Shown: in pieces, positions 60,580-64,000 of the stretch
Layout: each line of letters begins with the position of its first letter
Position numbering within the stretch: position 1 is the stretch's first letter
Source of the DNA: Podarcis cretensis
Taxonomy: Eukaryota
Length of the DNA: 64,000 nucleotides
Assembly: GCA_951804945.1 (NCBI GenBank)
Contig: OX638152.1
Span: forward strand, 59,520,001-59,584,000
Reading direction: 5' to 3'
The notes under the pieces: model-generated
What the model was told of the DNA's origin: nothing
The model's database searches: none
Seen by the model: the letters and a program-made list of their open reading frames with translations, nothing else
Translations under genes and position numbers: made by a program

Positions 60580-63500
60580 CTGGAAGAGACAAAACACATG
60601 TTAAGAATTTCCCCAAAAAAGTAGCTCAGGGAACTGGGTAAGCAATAATTTATATTTTTAAATTACAACCAGAGAGCTACTCACACTTACCGCCAACTAA
60701 AAATAGAACAGATAAATTTGCACTGAAATTGAAAGGTCAAGGTTACAGTTAATTAATTCCAACTTCATGCAAAAGCTGAAGCTTTATGTGAAGGTCCTCA
60801 TAGCAAATCTTCAGAAATGGAATGGTGGGGAGTAAAGTTTTAATTAGTACGCAGAAGCAGGAAGTGATAATTGTGAATGGCCTTTCTTCCAAAGGGACAG
60901 TATATTTCTTGTGTCAAACTTAATAAAATGACTTGAGGTGATTATCATCAAATATGTTTGTTTTAACTGTTAACACACCTAAACTGGCAGATGTAAAACA
61001 TTCATGTACCTTTGTGTAATGTGAAGTTGGGTCAACTATGAACCTAAAATTGGACTTAAAATATAGCCATTGTGCATGTTAGGAGGTGAAAAAAGCCAGC
61101 TCTTGTGAGAAAGTGAAGACACCACACACTAACAAATAAGGGAGCTGGTGGTTACACGTGTTTCAACTTTGAGGAGATTGGGTCTATATCACTTACCAAC
61201 TGCTCTGCTGAACACATCGATAAAGAAAGCAAGATGAAGGAAAATGAGCAGGAAAGGAAATTAACAGATTAAGGATATAGAATTAATTATTTTAGGAAAG
61301 GGAACAAATACTGGTTATGTATGACTTACAAAGGTAATGCAAGATAATTACAATTTTAGCTTTCTGGAGTTAGCACTATATTTACAAAGGCACTTAACTT
61401 TTAAGAGATATGCATACATGCAACTTAAGGTCACATGGTGTTATACATGAACTACAGCAGGGCAGAATCAGACTTCAATGCTTGTTCAGAAACTTCTATT
61501 AGCAGATCACTGTGTGCAAAACTTAAGTGAAATTTTAGGCATAGGTTGTTTTCTAAAGTGGTCTTCAAAGCATCAATGGACATGTCATATTGGGGGAATT
61601 TAGTTTTTCTCTGGATGCACCTGTGAGCTGATTCAAGTTGGCTTGCTGGCTCACAGAGAAAAAAGTTAGATAATTGTTCCCATATAATGGTTGTGTGTGA
61701 GGGCATTCACAAGATACTTAAAAAAACAAACAAAAAACCCCTGTCTGCTAATTACACTTTGCTGGAAGAGCCCCTCTACCTGAATCACACTCTATGATGT
61801 TCTTGTGAAAGTTATCCTTGTCCTAAAAGGAATAAAACTGGCAATAAGTTTTTTAAAAGCTGAAGCAAAAAGTTCAAAGGATACCAAAATGAATTGACAT
61901 GTTTTAAAGATAATTCTCTGCTTACCTGTTGATACTGGGAACCAGGCGAATGGGGATACAATGGAGCATCTTCTGGTGGAGAGGACTCATGCTCATCAGG
62001 GGCATCTGGATCATCTGGTTCCTAAAAATGAAAATTGCCCATTAAAACAAAAAATTAAACCACTTTTCACATTTAAATTCCTTGCCCTTATTTTCTTCTG
62101 GCAATTGATTGGACCCAGAGAAATTCCTGCAGAATGTGTGGCTGGAAGCTGACTACCCTGCCGCTTCCATCACATCATTGCCCACTATCCCAGCCTCTTT
62201 GTGCCAGTGTGGTGTAGTGGTTAAGAGCGGTAGTCTCGTAATCTGGTGAACCGGGTTCGCGTCTCCGCTCCTCCACATGCAGCTGCTGGGTGACCTTGGG
62301 CCAGTCACACTTCTTGGAAGTCTCTCAGCCCCACTCACCTCACAGAGTGTTTGTTGTGGGGGAAGAGGGGAAAGGAGATTGTTAGCCGCTTTGAGACTCC
62401 TTAAAAAGGGAGTGAAAGGTGAGATATCAAATCCAAACTCTTCTTCTGAGGGTTAGGGCAACCCTGATATATGGCTGGCTATGACATGGAGCCTAAGGGA
62501 GGAACTCCAAAATAAAAATCTGGGCAGATTCTCCTGCCCCCAAATGAATCAGGATACCCAGACACTTGGAAGAAGCTCTTTTTAAGAAGGAACAAGAAGG
62601 AAATTCAGCTTCTCCCAACCCCTTCTGCAGGCACCTCTCTAAATCCTATGTAACAGCTATCAGAAGTAGATGCTGCTATATTAAGAATTACAGGTTTGGA
62701 GGCTGTGGCCAGAGGAGTGCTCAAACTCCCTTGCCTCTCACAGTGATAACAGGGGGCACTTGGTACAGTGGAGGGCTTAACTCCTGCCTACTTATGAGTT
62801 CCGAAGTCTCACTAAGCTAGAAACAACATATATTTCTATCAGGAATTTTATGAAACAAGTTGTTTGTCTTCCAAAGAATGCCAAAGCAACGTTAGTTGTA
62901 AATTCACTCCTTACCTCCTCTGGGCATAGCTCACAAGCTTTTGCAAGGGTCATTCTTGCACTGTGTGATCTCTCTAGGAAGTAGCCATTTGATGTTTCAT
63001 TACTCTGGACCGGAGGAGACCAATTGTTATACGTATACTGTGGATTGCCAGTGTATGGCCTACGTTCAAGCTCATCTCCAAGCCACTCTACTGCCCAGGT
63101 CCACTTTCTCTTCAAATCTCCATTACTCTGAAAAGATGAAAAAAAAGCCATTCAATATTTTAAAATTACTTCTAAACACACCTCAGTCCAATGGAGCTTT
63201 TTAAATGGGGTGTATAGTTTCCCATTCATTACTCTTGGTTTTTGTAAAACAAAAAACCAAAGCAAACAAAAAATACTCTAGTAAGGTCCCTACAGTTCTA
63301 TTTTGTCATAGATGCTTTAGTTGAGATACCTCCATTGCAGGGTGTTCGACTTGATAATCCCTTCCAATCCTACAATTCTGTTCTAATTTTATTTCTATGA
63401 GGGAATAGACATTTGCTCTTGGTGGTGTTTTTCCCAATTTATTTGGATAAAATATACAGTGGTACCTCAGGTTACATACGCTTCAGGTTACAGACTCCGC

Positions 63501-63975
63501 TAACCCAGAAATAGTGCTTCAGGTTAAGAACTTTGCTTCAGGATGAGAACAGAAATCGGGCTCCGGCGGCGCGGCAGCAGCAGGAGGCCCCATTAGCTAA
63601 AATGGTGCTTCAGGTTAAGAACAGTTTCAGGTTAAGTACGGACCTCCGGAACGAATTAAGTACGTAACCAGAGGTACCACTGTACAAGACCATGGCTTTA
63701 TCTTAGTGACTCTGCAGAAAGAGTTCTATTATAACTAAACTTGGCTCAGTCCTGTCCCTCTCTTCGTAGCATTAGAAAAATAGAGAAAGTATTTTTTTTT
63801 TGAGATAAAAGTAATTACCTGTAAAATCTGGTAGGCTACTGGACAGTTGCTGAAAAGAGCTACCATACACTTTATACACTGGTAAGCCCTTTTCTGATAA
63901 TGATTCTTAGAGCGTTGAATGGTATCAAATAGCCCATCCCGGTCATCTGGAATTCCTTTAAGTGCATTGTGAATC
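60445..63975 (-). CDS. USP9X: Ubiquitin-specific peptidase 9X (FAF-X), last four coding exons; gene continues beyond the right edge
   Basis: Exons 63819-63975, 62915-63127, 61926-62021, 60445-60579; phases consistent. [35 protein letters not shown]...[15 protein letters not shown]...[10 protein letters not shown]...SPPQTKE*. Confidence 0.97.
61926..62021 (-). CDS. USP9X: USP9X penultimate exon ([32 protein letters not shown])
   Basis: 96 nt; TAG acceptor, GTAAGC donor. Confidence 0.95.
62203..62447 (+). mobile_element. tRNA-derived SINE (Squam3-type) in a USP9X intron
   Basis: A box TGGTGTAGTGG, B box GGTTCGCGTC, body GCTGGGTGACCTTGGGCCAGTCAC and a CAAACTCTTCTTCT tail. Family name is from recall. 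Confidence 0.8.
62915..63127 (-). CDS. USP9X: USP9X exon (SNGDLKRKW...CELCPEE)
   Basis: 213 nt; CAG acceptor, GTAAGG donor. Confidence 0.96.
63310..63385 (+). mobile_element. CR1 LINE 3' tail fragment
   Basis: TTGCAGGG..GACTTGAT..CCCTTCCAATCCTACAATTCTGTTCT resembles the CR1 3' terminus. Confidence 0.5.
63457..63682. mobile_element. Tc1/mariner MITE (family A), longest copy, inverted relative to 47693
   Basis: TA|CAGTGGTACCTCAGGTTAC ... GTAACCAGAGGTACCACTG|TA. Confidence 0.9.
63819..63975 (-). CDS. USP9X: USP9X exon (IHNALKG...AYQILQ)
   Basis: 157 nt; TAG acceptor, GTAATT donor. Confidence 0.95.
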
Positions 63976-64000
63976 CTAAGAGAATCCCAAACACACCAAA

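Noticed and set aside
62792-62914. USP9X ORF running on past CPEE (VRSEFTTNV...)
   Set aside because: Read-through into the intron after a good GTAAGG donor; no resemblance to USP9X sequence that I recognise.

Overview
Vertebrate genomic DNA, not prokaryotic. The repeats (Sauria SINE, a Squam3-type tRNA-derived SINE, TA-flanked Tc1/mariner MITEs) point to a squamate, probably a lacertid lizard (inference). From left to right the window holds: (1) the 5' end of NYX (nyctalopin), minus strand, first coding exon at 28-91; (2) a complete DDX3X DEAD-box helicase gene, minus strand, CDS 6239-23675, with 17 mammal-like exons (672 aa) plus an extra in-frame 44-aa exon (716 aa), a long 3'UTR and a TATA/CpG-island promoter; (3) about 18 kb of intergenic sequence with LINE/SINE/MITE fragments and some exon-like segments; (4) a complete intron-containing RPL8 gene (uL2, 257 aa), plus strand, with a 5'TOP promoter; (5) the last four coding exons and 3'UTR of USP9X, minus strand. 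The order USP9X-RPL8-DDX3X-NYX matches human Xp11.4 except that RPL8 sits inside it. All exon boundaries were traced by hand and their phases are consistent. The most notable points are RPL8 inside the USP9X-DDX3X interval, a DDX3X intron 3 with one RG-rich cassette exon and two candidate NMD exons, a 169-codon +1 reading frame over the DDX3X N-terminal region, three GC-AG introns, and N-blocks found only in the two 3'UTRs. I found no CRISPR array, rRNA, tRNA gene or clearly new multi-gene system.
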